From IMG/VR virus record IMGVR_UViG_3300045988_119787, positions 1 through 64,000 of that record: DNA of 64,000 nucleotides; one strand, written 5' to 3'. Below, one piece after another: positions 7,697-21,000 of this stretch. Position 1 is the stretch's first letter. Every line of letters begins with the position of its first letter. This DNA is from a virus. Below the pieces are notes generated by a model that saw only the letters and a program-made list of their open reading frames with translations, searched no databases and was not told where the DNA came from. The position numbers and the translations under genes are program-made.

Positions 7697-9021
7697 ATAA
7701 TCAGAATACACAGCAGCCTAAGAAGGTACCCATTACGATTAGTGGGTATCCTCAGGCTGTTCAGGACATGATGAGGGCGAAGCATCCTGATTATGATCAG
7801 GTGATGAACCAGGGGATGCAGGGTGCTCCTAACGGACAGATTCCTGCCGTTGCCCCTCAGTCAGCGAGTATGAATTTCTTTCAGCCGAATGGTGGCGCTG
7901 TAGGAAAGTATGAAGCGCCAGCGGTTCAGCCTCAGCCAGCGCAGCCTGTTCAGCCAGTACAGACTGGGGAAGCACCGGTTACAGACTTCACGAATATGCC
8001 CCAGCAGCCTACTGGTTGGAATGCAGACGGAACACCAAGCTATGACTCCCTTTCTTCTGCCCTTTCAGGCGCAGCAGCATCCCAGAAGCAGGAAGCACCG
8101 GCATTCCAGTCTGACCCATCCAAGAAGGACGGTGGTTTCTTCAGGTGGCTTGGCAGTCTCATACCGAAGAAGAGACCGGGAATGAGGGAAGGGGAAACTC
8201 CTGAAGAGTATGACAGACGCAGAACCCGTAACATGGAAATGATGACTACCCTAGCCGACGCCATGCGTCACATGGGAAATATCGTGAATACTTCCAAGGG
8301 CGCTCCTTTGCAGCAGTTCAATGACCCTACCGCCATGATGGAACAGGGCTACCAGACCCGTAAGGCTCAGAGACAGAAGCAGGCTGCCCTTGATGCAGAT
8401 GCGGCTTACAAGCAGGCTAATCTCAGCTTGAAGGAACGTGCTGCCAATGCACAGAACGCCTACAGGGAACTGCTTCTTGGCATGAGAGATAGAAATAATC
8501 AGCTTGCCAGGGATAAGTTCGACTACCGTCAGGGCAAGGATGCTGCAGCAGCACAGTATAAGCAGCAGAAGGACCAGCGGGACTTCGAGTATAAGCAGCA
8601 GCGTGATAAGGCGAAGGACGAGCAGACCAACAGAAGATTGAGTATTTTGCAGTATAATGCTACCCATAAGGGAAGCGGACGTGGACGATCAGGCAAGGGC
8701 GGTAGCGGCTCTGGCGGTAAGTATTGGTTTGAGGATAAGAACGGCAAGATGCGCTATCAGCCTAACAAGACCATGTGGGAACAGGAGTACTACCGTGAAT
8801 ACGGAAAGCTTCCGCAGGGCGAGACTTCTACTTCTACCAGTACAAAGGCCATCAATCCGAAGACTGGCGCAGAGGTAACGACCACCACAAGAAGAAAGGG
8901 TGCATCTGTTACCAGTCAGGCAGCAGCTTCGCAGAATGCGGCTAGGAATGCAAGAAACAGACCGAAGCCTGCAGGCAAGTCGAAGAACGGATATAAGAAT
9001 ACAAAGAAACTTGGATTATAA
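7684..9021 (+). CDS. Low-complexity Q/P-rich protein with a strongly basic C-terminus (445 aa), possible packaged DNA-associated protein
   Basis: ORF track. PQPAQPVQPVQ and GSGRGRSGKGGSGSGG tracts; basic tail RNARNRPKPAGKSKNGYKNTKK. Confidence 0.6.
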   Translation: MAGVNNQNTQQPKKVPITISGYPQAVQDMMRAKHPDYDQVMNQGMQGAPNGQIPAVAPQSASMNFFQPNGGAVGKYEAPAVQPQPAQPVQPVQTGEAPVTDFTNMPQQPTGWNADGTPSYDSLSSALSGAAASQKQEAPAFQSDPSKKDGGFFRWLGSLIPKKRPGMREGETPEEYDRRRTRNMEMMTTLADAMRHMGNIVNTSKGAPLQQFNDPTAMMEQGYQTRKAQRQKQAALDADAAYKQANLSLKERAANAQNAYRELLLGMRDRNNQLARDKFDYRQGKDAAAAQYKQQKDQRDFEYKQQRDKAKDEQTNRRLSILQYNATHKGSGRGRSGKGGSGSGGKYWFEDKNGKMRYQPNKTMWEQEYYREYGKLPQGETSTSTSTKAINPKTGAEVTTTTRRKGASVTSQAAASQNAARNARNRPKPAGKSKNGYKNTKKLGL

Positions 9022-9037
9022 ACATTAATAATAAAAT

Positions 9038-12000
9038 ATGGCTGGAGATAAATTTGACCAACTTTATAACGCCTTGAAAGCTGATGGCGCAGTATCGGGA
9101 ACTAGAGAACATTTCAGACAGTTCGTATATGCGCCGGGCAAGCAGGGCTATCATAACAGAAAGCAGCTCTATGATGCGCTTCATGCTGATGGTGCTGTTT
9201 CCAGTAATTCCTATGAGGAGTTTGCGCAGCGGCTTGGACTCCATGCTGTAAATCCGAAGCCTCAGCAGAAGCCAATAGAGCAGCAGAAGCCAATGACTAC
9301 TTCGCAGAGGGCACAGAAGGTGGCAGCTCAGTATAAGCAGCAGAGGCAGCAGCCTCAGAGACCTCAGCAGCCTAGTACGGCTACTGCTTCTGGTACAGAC
9401 TATATGAAGAACTGGCAGTTGATGCACATGCGCAACTACCAGATGAACCCGATGCAGCAGGCTCAGGCTAGCAATATGCGCACGCGCATGCAAGGAGCAC
9501 AGGAACAGGCTGCGCGTCAGGAGCAGCAGAGAGCTACCCCTATCAGTAGAAGCAGAATAACCTCTACTGCCAAGAACTTCAACGAGACGATGCAGCAGCT
9601 TTCTACTCCTGAAGCTCGCAGGGCTAGAGCCAAGCAGCAGCGAGAGGACGATGCAAGAGCATTCGCCCAGTATGAGGTTGAGGGTAATAATTTTGCCCAG
9701 AATGACGGTAAATATGGCACCATTGCACCAGAGATTGACTCTCTTGTAGCTCCTTCGATGGAGGAGGCTGATAATTTGTCTTGGTCTCAGTATCAGCAGG
9801 CTTTGAAGAATGCTGGTAATGATGCCTATCTGAGAAACAAGGCGTGGAAGGATTTGCAGGACAACAGGATCAAGAACCGTCAGAATGTACTTGCCGACAC
9901 CCTCAGTTCTAAGTTGCAGGAAATATACTCCCAGAAGGGATTGCAGGAGCATATCTTGCAGAGTGCCGAAAAGTTGAATATGGGCGTGGAGGAGTACGTT
10001 GACAAGTATGTTACTCCTCAGATGATGCAGCGTGCCCAGAATATACTGGGTGTTAAGAATATTGAGGAGATTCTGCCTCAGAGTGCCACAGAATATGTGG
10101 TGAGAAGACTCAGCGATTCCATCTTGGGAACCTTGTCTGCCGGACAGGATAAGTCGAGAGAGCAGATTGCCAGAGAGCAGGAGGCGATGGCTATTGCAGA
10201 CGGTTTGGAGGAAATGCCTACCGTTAATGGCTACAAGGCTAACGAAGGTTACAAGTCTGGCATGGGCGCACGTTTCGTTTCTACGGCGGCTAACATGGCG
10301 ATGGACTCCCCTATTCTCGGAATGACAGGCAGCGCATCCAATTTGACCGTGGATCTGGGAAAGCAGGTCCTGATGAAAGGTCTCGCCAAGGCTGGAGTTG
10401 TGAAGATGGGAGCCAAGCTTACTGCACAGCAGTTGGCATTCAAGGCTGCAAACATGACGATGGCACAGAAGATTGCTTCTGGCTTGGTGGATGGAACGGC
10501 GAAGAGTGCGCTCAATCTGGGCGGTTACTCCAGTATCACCGCAGCCCTAGGGCAGGCATCCACCGGTGATGATACTTCATTGTCGGCATTGGGTCAGGCG
10601 GCATTGGGAGGATTCGAGCATGGTGCTACCACTGGTGCGATGTTCGGAGTATCGGGTGCTATCATGGCTCCTTGGGTGTCAAAGTTCGGTATCACTGGCT
10701 TGGAGAAGAGCACAGGCGAGAAATGGCTGCATGGCACACAGAAACTTGGTGCTACCGCCGCAGGTCTCGGCGTTGAGGCTGGGACCATGATGGTTGCCGA
10801 CAATATCACTGGCGATAAGGACATTTCCTTTGGCACATGGCTTGAAGACGTGGTGATGGTGGGCGCATTCAAGGCAGGAGAGCCTAAGAATTACGCTCAT
10901 ATCGGAAATGCGTTGTATAATCTTACTCATAATAGCGGTGGTAATTTCGTGATTGGAAAGAATACCAACGGCTCCCCTATCGCCGTGGATATTCGTCTGA
11001 CTCCTGACGAGAAGAATGAATTGATTTCTTCTGCATCGGGCAAGAATCTGATGGATGCTTTCGTGAAGGTGGACCGTGCATCGAAGACAGCTCCAAGAGA
11101 TTCGAAATACAAAACGGCATACACGGATTTTATGAACGACCCAGACGTTTCTCAGAGCACCAAAGAGAAGGTGAATGCGGCCATGGGACTGTTTAACACG
11201 ACAAGAGGTAAAAGCTACCGCAGCGTAAATGACGTGAAGAACAAACAGATTCTTGAATACACCAAGAACGGAACGCTGCTTACACGTACCTCTTATAAGA
11301 ATGCCGATGAACGCCGTGCTATCCTTTACAAGCAGAAGCTTTATCGTGACAATGACGATATGATGTCGCTGATTGGCTATTCCAAGATGAAGGATATGCA
11401 GCTGACTGATGAGGACGGAAATGTTACCAGTCTGGCACTTGGCTTCCTCCGTAATAACGGCTATGACACAAGCAAGGATGTTACAGACCCGATAAACGCC
11501 CAGCTGATTAATGACTTGCGCAACCCGAAGAGTGCGCTCTATCTTGACTGGGAGAAGTATGTGGACGTTTACGGTTCGTATGGCGATCTTAAAGTAGAAT
11601 CCGCAGACGTTGTTGGTGGTTTTATGGACACCTTGAAGAAGATGATCAACGACAAGGGAAACATGACGGTTGATATTGACAACATCATGCGCAAAGACCC
11701 GATGAAGCGCACCGACCAGGAGAACAAAATCTTCTATTATGTGAAGAAAGCACTCGAAGATGAGCTTTTCCCTAGCTGGAGGCCACACGCAGACCAGTCT
11801 GCCAGCCAAGGTAAGACGGTTGCCGAGGAGCATAGTCTGGGAACGGACGACCCGGATAGCGGCGTGGTAGTTGATGAGTTGCGCAACCTTCGCAATGCCG
11901 AGCAAGCCCTTGATGCAGCGATGGATAGCAACGATGTGTTCAAGCAAACCTTTGAGAAATTGCACCAGCAGGGCTTGACACCGGCACAGATTTACGATGC

Positions 12001-15000
12001 ACTCATTCAGAATGGATTGACCCAAGAAGAGTTAACCCCACTTGCCCAATATATCAATGCGAACGCTAGAGTGCAGGGTATGCAGCAGGCTACTGCTGAT
12101 GTCATAGAGGAAAACGTGAAGAGCTTTATTTCTGATTGGAGCTATCACGGAACATTGAACGGTCAGGCGATGAATGGCGAGCAAGCTTTGTACGTGCAAG
12201 ACAGCAACGGAAGAACACTTCTTGTTGGTTCAGGTGATGTTGCCTTCGACCAGACTACAGGTAGAGCCAAGGAAGGTAGCGGTGATATGCTTGTCTGCTT
12301 CGACCCTAACACCAGGGAAATGGTCTATGTGAAGGCAGATGAGGTTACTCTGTTTCAGAATCAGCCTATCGACCAGTTCGCTGCAGAATATCGTCAGAGA
12401 TTGCAGATGAAGAACTCTGAGCCTTATAATCAGGCGGCACAGGAACAGGCGATGCAGGATGCTGCAAAGCCTCAGCAGGAGCAGGAGGCACCACAAGATA
12501 ATACCACAAAATCGGAAGATAATACCACAAAAGAGGGTGATTTAACAAAAGATGATACCACTTTAACAAAAGTTAATACCACATCGGGCAAAGATAATAC
12601 CACAAATGAGAACTTAGCACCACAAGAGCAGCCTCAACCTAGCAGAAAGTTTGCCGATGGTTCAGATGTTCCTATGGCTACGGACAGCAAGGGAAGACCT
12701 ACACCTGACTATGAGAAAATGACTCCTGAACAGAGTGCAGAGATTCTTACTGAGGACTTCGGGGATAATGCCGAGAAGGTGGTGGACGGACAGATTCAGA
12801 AAGCAGAGAAGGCTTTGAAGGATGCCGAGAAGATGAAGGTGGACTATACCGCCGAACCTAACGACATCATGGAGCAGGAGACTTTGAAGAACCAGACTAT
12901 TGAAGCTGCCAAGAAGCAGTTGGATCACGCTCAGAATATCAAGAAGGCTATGACTGCCAAGAAGGTTGCAGAGACTGTTGGTAAGACAGAACAGACTGAG
13001 GGCGCACATGAAGCTGGTAGCGTGGCTGCACAGAAGTTTGTAAATGCACCTAGGCTTATAGGCAATAAGCGCACAAGAATGCTGCCTGACGGAGAGACCA
13101 AGATTAAGGGACACTATGAGATTGTTCCGGCTGAAAGTCTTACTCCTTCTCACGATGTGAACAATGGTTACAAGAAATCTGAGGGATTCCCTACCGATGC
13201 TGAGGGCAGAACTGTGAATGATCGTGACTATGAACACGACAAGGCTGCTCAGCAGAATACGGACCAGATTGCCAGGAAGTATAACGGTATGGCTATCGAG
13301 CAGGTGCCAGTGGTATCTGACGAGGGTATCGTATATGATGGCAACGGTAGAACGATGGCAGGACAGAAGGCGGCAAAGGAAGGCACAGACGCTGAATACA
13401 TCAACGACCTCTTGGAGAATGCCGAAAACTTCGGCTTCACAAGAGAACAGATTGAACAAAGCGGTATCGAGCATCCACGTCTGGTAATGGTTACGGATGA
13501 GAGATTGCCATACGATGCGGCTACCTTCGCCAAGTTCAACCGAAACGAGAAGAAGACACAGAGCAATACCGAACAGGCGGTAGCCAAGGCTAAGACCTTG
13601 ACTTCTGACGAGGTAGGCGCGATTGTTGCCGAGATTGAGGGAAATGGTTCTCTTGATGCATTCTTTAACAATTCCAAGGCAATAAATGACTTGGTAAAGA
13701 CGTTAGTAGATAAAGGAATCATCGGACAGAACGAGGTGGCACAAATGATGGATAGCCCTGAGCGCCTTTCAGCACAAGGCAGGGAGTACGTGAAGAACCT
13801 TCTTTTGGGTTCAATCTTCAAGCCAGAGACTATCAGAATGCTGGGCATCGACTCTACGGTGAAGAATAAGGCTATCAACGCTATCCGCTCGGTGATGGAC
13901 AACATGAAGCTGGGCGAGTTCTCTCTTCGTGATGAGATTGATCAGGCTATCCAATTGCTCTATGAGGCAAGACGGGGTGGCAACAAGGTTGATACGCTGC
14001 TGAGGACACCATCCATGTTCGGTGAGGATGCAGCTAAGCGTTACTCTTCTATCTCTCAGATGATGGCTTTGGCCCTAGAAGGTAAGGTATCTGATTTCAG
14101 AGATTTGCTTGACGAGTACAACCGTATTGCTGCAGCAAGAAATACTGGCGAGGGCGATGTATTCGGCGAAGCACCTACCAAACCAGAGTTGATAAAAGAA
14201 TTTATGGACTTTAAAAAATGGCAAGATTATGGAACAGGACATTCAGAAAATGAAAGAGGCAATGATGTTTCAGGCATTGAAGAACCTCAACAAGAAGCAT
14301 CAGGAGGAAATGAACCAGCAGAAGCAGAGCGACCAAGAGTAGAAGAACCAGAAGTAGGTTCTCTCCCACTCCTTCCAAAGGAAGAGAACCCAGACCCTCA
14401 GTTTAACCCGATTGAGGCAGCTGCAGCAGAGTTCAAGAAGGAGCATCCTTTAACCGAGGAAGAGATTATGAAGGCAGACGTGGACGATTTATCCAAGGAT
14501 ATGGCGCTTGACTATCAGAACGGAGAAGTGACAGACGATTTGCACCGTGCTATCTACGAAAGCATCTATGCTAAACGCAAGGGATTGAAGGCTGAACCAA
14601 AGGTTGAGACTCCTAAATCTGAACCATCAGCTGACCCAATGGAAGCTTTCAAGAATGCTGCAGAAGGGTTCGAGAAGGAGAAGAAGGGTAAAGCAGAACA
14701 GCCAAAGAAGCCTCAGCAGACTGCTGACGATGCAGCAGTAGCGGCTTCTAACAAGAAGGTTAATGACCTTTGGGATATGCTCAAGAATGCCGGCAAGGAT
14801 GAAATGTCTGCTTCGTTTGTTGGTCTTAACTCTAGACAGCTGGAAGTATTGCCTAAGCTGGTGAGCGCCATGGCAGAGAATGCTTATCTGAGAATCAAGA
14901 GAGGTATGCACAATCTTGAAGACGTGGTGAAGGAAATGCGCAAGGAGTTTGCTCCTGCTTCCAAGATTTTCAAGAAGGAAGACGTGGATGCTATCTATGA

Positions 15001-18000
15001 GCAGATGATGAATATCCGCTATCGTGATGGTGAACAGCGCATGAGCTTGAAGGAGTGGGCTGACTACTACGAGAAGACTTCACCTAAGCATCAGGAAAAT
15101 CTGGTGGGTGACTCCAAGAGTGCCGAGGAAAGAAAGATGGCTGAGAAGAAGTTTATTGATGTCGTGAATCTACAGTTGGGCTTCAAACATAAGTTTAACG
15201 GTATTGTTGAGCTGAGAAAGATAGCTGAGAGACTCGGCTTGAAGGATATTAAGGACACAGACCTTCAGGAGCTTGCTGAAACTGCCATTGTTAAGCGTGC
15301 AAGAGGTATCGCTTCTTCTGAATCAACCAATAATGCCGAGAAGTTCAAACGCATCAAGACACTCTATGAGAATCAGCCGAGCCTCAACCAGCGTGATTCT
15401 GAGCGAGTGATGAAGCAGCAGTACTCTACCCCTGCCCCTTATGCTTTCCTTGCGGATATGTATGTGAAGGGTAACGGTAAGGTGATTGAGAGTGCTCTGG
15501 AGCCAAGTGCCGGCAACGGTATGCTTACCATCGGTCTGCCAAAGGATAAAGTGCATGTGAACGATATTGACGATACGAGATTGCTGAATCTTAACAGACA
15601 GGGCTTCGGAAAGGTGACCAGTCAGGACGGAACTCAGCCATTCAACGTAAAGCCTGTTGATATTGTGATTACCAACCCACCATTCGGTAGTGCTACCCCT
15701 AAGGAGTATGACGGCTATAAGATTTCTTCCTTGGAAGGACAGATGGCTATCAATGCCCTGGAGAGCATGAAGGACGATGGTCGTGCTGCCATTATTATCG
15801 GCGGCAAGACGGAATACGCCAAGAACGGAAGTCTGAATCCGAAAGATAAGGCTTTCCTTGGTTATCTCTATAGCCACTATAATGTGGAGGACGTGATTAA
15901 TGTGGATGGCGGTCTCTATGCAAAGCAGGGAACCAGCTACCCTACACGTATTATATTAATAAACGGAAGACGCTTGGACGAGAATGCCTTTCCACCAGTA
16001 AAGGATAAGGCTAGAGCGGAAGCCGTGAAAGATTATGACGAACTTTATAAACGAATTGAAGATGATATACTACGAGGTGAACGGATGGATTCTTCCATCG
16101 GAGGAGAAACAAGAAGTGCTCAACCAGAACTTGATAAACAAGGCGCTGCTGGTACTCCTAAAGAGAGAGTACGAGCAGGAGAACGAGGAGGAAGCAAACC
16201 AGATGGTGAGCGAGAGTCTGACCTATTTGACTCCACTTCCGTATCAGGAACCCATGATGACTTGGAGAATCAACGAGGAACCGAGCCAAGAGAAGATGGA
16301 GGACTTTCTGGTGGAGATACTGGAACAGACAGAACAGGGACAGAGCCTTCTCAGAGCGAAGGAGCAACCGCTGGAACCAATGAACAGCGAGGAGCTGGAT
16401 CAGGAGGAGCTGGACGGAATGACGCTCAGCCAAGTACTGATGAACCTGCCAGCGCCGGGAGCGGAAGCGGACCACGGGGACAATTACAGCGAGTGGACAA
16501 ATCCGTACGTGGACTAAGCACAGAGAAAGTTACCTATACCCCAAAGAGTGGAAACCCTTTCACTCTGAAAGCCGTGATGCCTGCCGATCAGCAGGAAGCG
16601 GTAAACAAGAACCTTGAAAAGCTGGGCGATGCCGACCAGTTCCTGGTTGATGAACTTGGCTATAATGACAAGGACGATTTGTATTCTCATCTTGCAGCAG
16701 AGCAAGTTGACTCTGTAGCTCTTGCCTTGCAGCAGGCAAAGAAGGGCAACGCCTTTATTATCGGAGATATGACTGGTATCGGTAAGGGAAGACAGGCTGC
16801 TTCACTTATCAGATATGCCAAGAAGCAGGGGCAGGTTCCTGTATATTTCACTAAGACCGCTGGCTTGCTGAGCGATGTTTACCGTGACTTAGTGGATATT
16901 GGAAGCCCAGAGCTGAGACCATTTGTATTCGGTAGTGCCAAGGAAGCTGCCATTACCGACTCAGACGGAAACGTAGTATTCTCCTTGCCATCTAAGAGTG
17001 AGGTGAAGCGAGTGCTTGACTACATCGAAAAGAACGGCAAGCTGCCAGAGGAATACGACTACGTATTGACTACCTACAGTCAGGTAAGCAATGGTGTATA
17101 TGAGTTTGATGAGGACGGCAACCGCAAGGAGAGAAAGCTTGCAAAGGGTAAATCATTCGGTGCTGCTGCTCTGAGCGGACAGAAAAGACGTGATGCTATT
17201 GAAAAACTGATGGGTAACGCCTATCTTATCCTTGACGAAAGCCACACGGCTGGTGGAAATAGCGGTCAGGGTAACTATTTCCAACACATTATTCAGAAGG
17301 CAAAGAACGTTACCTTCTTCTCTGCTACCTTTGCCAAGCGACCAGACAATATGCCTATCTACGCTTTGCGTACTGCCATGAACGAGGGCGGTATGAAATC
17401 ATCCGATTTGATTGATGCGGTGAAGCGTGGTGGTGCAACCTTGCAGGAGATTATGAGCCAGACCTTGACACAATGCGGTCAGATGATTCGCCGTGAGCGA
17501 GATATGACTGGCGTAACCATCGACTGGAAGGCTATTGATGATCCTGAGCGAGTTAAGGAGCAACGAGAACAGTATGATAGTATCATCGGATTGTTTAATG
17601 ATATTATCAATTTCCAGAAGAAATATGTTTCAAGTTACGTTGATGAACGTAATATTGAATTGGCAGACATCCAATCTACGATGGATATCAAGAAGGGCAC
17701 AGAATCTTTAGGTATCAAGAATCAGCCTTTTGCCAGCAAGGCATTCAATACCGTTCAGCAGGTACTTCTCTCCTTGAAAGCGAAGTCTGCTGCAGAACGT
17801 GCAATCGACTATTTGAAGCAGGGGATGAAGCCTGTGATTGCATTGAACAACACCAATGAATCGCAGACAGGAAACCTTGCACTTGGTGAGGAAATGGACG
17901 CACCAGACTTGGGCACATCTTTGAAGAAGGGTCTGGAGGGTACACTTCGCTACACTCAGAAGGATGCCAAGGACAATAGCGAAAGCGGTTATTTCAAGCT

Positions 18001-21000
18001 TGAAGACTTGGGCGAAGAGGCTGTTAAGGCTTATCACGAACTGGAAAAGAAGATTGAGCAGACAAGTACCGGTCTTTCACTCTCCCCTATAGATGTTATC
18101 AAGAACGAGCTGCAGAAGGCAGGTTATAAGGTTGGCGAGCTGACAGGAAGACAGACCGAGTTTGTTTATAACGACAACGGAACAGTTACCAAGGTAAAGC
18201 GTGCTGATACCGACAAGAAGAAACTCGCACGCGACTTTAACGATGGTAAGATTGATGCGCTTATCCTCAACAAGAGTGCTGCAACCGGTATTTCCCTTCA
18301 TGCTTCGAGCAAGTATAAGGACCAGAAGAAGCGTGTGATGATCGTGGCGCAGCAGCAGCTTGACGTGAATGACGAGGTTCAGATGCGTGGACGTATCGAC
18401 CGAACCGGTCAGGTGGCTAGAGGTGCATACGAGTATGTGGTTTCCCTTATCCCTGCCGAGCAGCGACTGCTGATGATGTTTAAGGCTAAGTTGAAGTCAC
18501 TTGATGCCAACACGACTTCTTCTCAGAAGAGTAAGTTCAACGAAATGGAAGTTGCCGATATTACCAATAAATATGGTGACAAGGTGGTTAAGGAATACAT
18601 GGCAGAGCATCTTGACCTTTATGCACGCATGGCTGATCCATTCGGATGGGAAAAGACTTACGGTGATGATTTGAGTAGAATCAACCCACAAAACCTTGTT
18701 GTCAGTGGTGGAGGTGTCGGTGATGGTGAAGCTGGTGCCGATGCAAGCAAGTTGCTTGGACGTATGGCTTTGCTGAGAGTAAACGAGCAGGAGAAGATGT
18801 TGCAGGAGATTGGCGAGCTTTACGCCAACGAGATTCAGCGACTCAACGAAATGGGCGAGAACGATTTGGAGATTACCGAGCTGCCACTGAAGGCTAAGAC
18901 TATCCACAAGGAAGTATGGAAGCAGGGCGCTGAGCCGGGCGGCGATAACGCCTTTGCCGACAACACCTATATAGAAAAGGTGAACATGGCTATCTTGAAG
19001 AAACCGATGAAGGCTTCTGAGGTGAAAGCTTCGCAGGAAGGCTTGACTGGCGGCAAGACTTGGGATGAATACAAAACCGAAAAGAAGACTGCCGTGAAGG
19101 AATACTTCGGCCAGAAGATTGCGAACGAGACTCAGAGGTATGAGGAGCGTGCGGTGAAGGCTGCAACCAAGGCAAAAGAGAAGTATATCAAGGATGGAAA
19201 GAAGGGTCAGGAGAAATCGGGCATGACCGATGAGCAGATAGAAAAGAATGCTGAATATCAGTACGAGACTATCTACAAGCAGGAGAAGGATAAGCTGGAT
19301 GATGTAGTGAAGAACTTGAAGGAGAAGGCAGAAATGTTTGACCGTGTTCTTGACACCTTCGACACCAACCAGACTTTCGTTCTGCCTACGGACATGAACA
19401 ATCCTAACGAGTTGAGCGGATTCGGCAACAGCTACGGTAGACTGATTGACATCAAGATTACTGATAACTTCTCGCCTAACGCCTCTTCTGTTTCCTTTGC
19501 AACCTTGGATGGCAGAAGAAAGATTACCTTCCCTATCGCTGGCAAGGTTGGTGCAGGTGAAAACAAGGCAGACATTATCGGCGCCATCGACAACATGACT
19601 AAGCAGGCAATCGGTATGGGAGACAGCCATCTCAGAGTATTGAACCAAAACTTTGATAACTGGGATAGACTGACTAGCAATGAGAGCCGCAAGAATGGCT
19701 ATATCGTGACCGGTAATCTGATGCAGGCTTTGGTTGACAGTAAAGATCAGGGCTTGGGCGGTCAGTTGGTGAAATATACTACTGATACTGGCGAGGTGAA
19801 GACTGGTATCTTGATGCCAGACAGATTCGACCCTAAGGGCTTGACAACGGATGCGCCTATCAACAGCGTGACAGAGAAGTTTGAGCTTTCATCATGGCAT
19901 GGTGGTATTGACGAGGTTACTTCATCGGATGGTGAAGTAAAGGTGAAGCGCATAGACAACAATCGTGGCTACTTCTACGAGCTTCGTGTACCGAAGAGCA
20001 AGGCGAAGGGCGGCAAGTACTTCATGGATGAAGATTTGCTGAAACTGGTTAATGGCAATAACTTCGAGACCAGAGGCAACAATATGCTTGCTGAGTTTAA
20101 GCCAGAGCAGTTGAAGCCAGTACTGGACCGCCTGTCTAAAATGGGCGTGAAGGTGCAGGAGGAGCGCAAAACTTCTGAGGATGAAGGCACCCACTTCCGT
20201 GAGGACCGAGGCTTGCAGTATTCTAAAACAGATACAAAAGATGTTAAGAAAGGTAGAATCATTCCCGAAGATGTAGATAAAAATGTATCTTCGCAGATTG
20301 AAAAGAAGTTTGATTCTACCATTAAGGACATCGAAGAGCATACAGAAGACAGAGATAAATCTTTGTTTGCTGATAATCTTGAATCTGCTCTGGATGAGTT
20401 TTCTGATCTTGGTAGAAGCGTTATTGAATATTACAAGAATGATTATGAACGAAAAGTTGAAAAGTTATCAGGACAGCATACCGGAGGACATCTTGGTGGT
20501 AAGAATGACGGTAAGGGAAATAAAGGCTCTTATCTACTGCAATATTATAAGACCGTTCTCGCCGTCGCTGACAGAGAACTTGCCTATAGAGACGCTAGAG
20601 CAAAGAATCTCAGAGAGACTTGGGGATTGCAGCCAGGAGGAGCGTTCACACTTGGAGCCGTTGAACGAATTTTTAAAGAAACAAATAGAGATAAAGGAAA
20701 GGCTGAACTCTTCCAAAGAGTTCTCGATATAAACAAGCGTCTTGGTGTAAACATCAAGGTAAGTGCCGAGAGTCCGAAGAAGAGATCTGGAGAAGCAGAC
20801 ACCAATAGAAACATTGATTTGTATATTGATGGTCTGACAAAAACAATGGCTCCAGACTACGCTGCCCCTACTATTATGCTGCATGAAATGATTCATGAGG
20901 TAACAATGGGTGCTATCAATCTCGTTAAGAAAGGTAAGGCTGAGGGCATACTGACCCCTAAGCAGATAGAGGGCGTAAAGACTATCCTCAAAATCTATGA

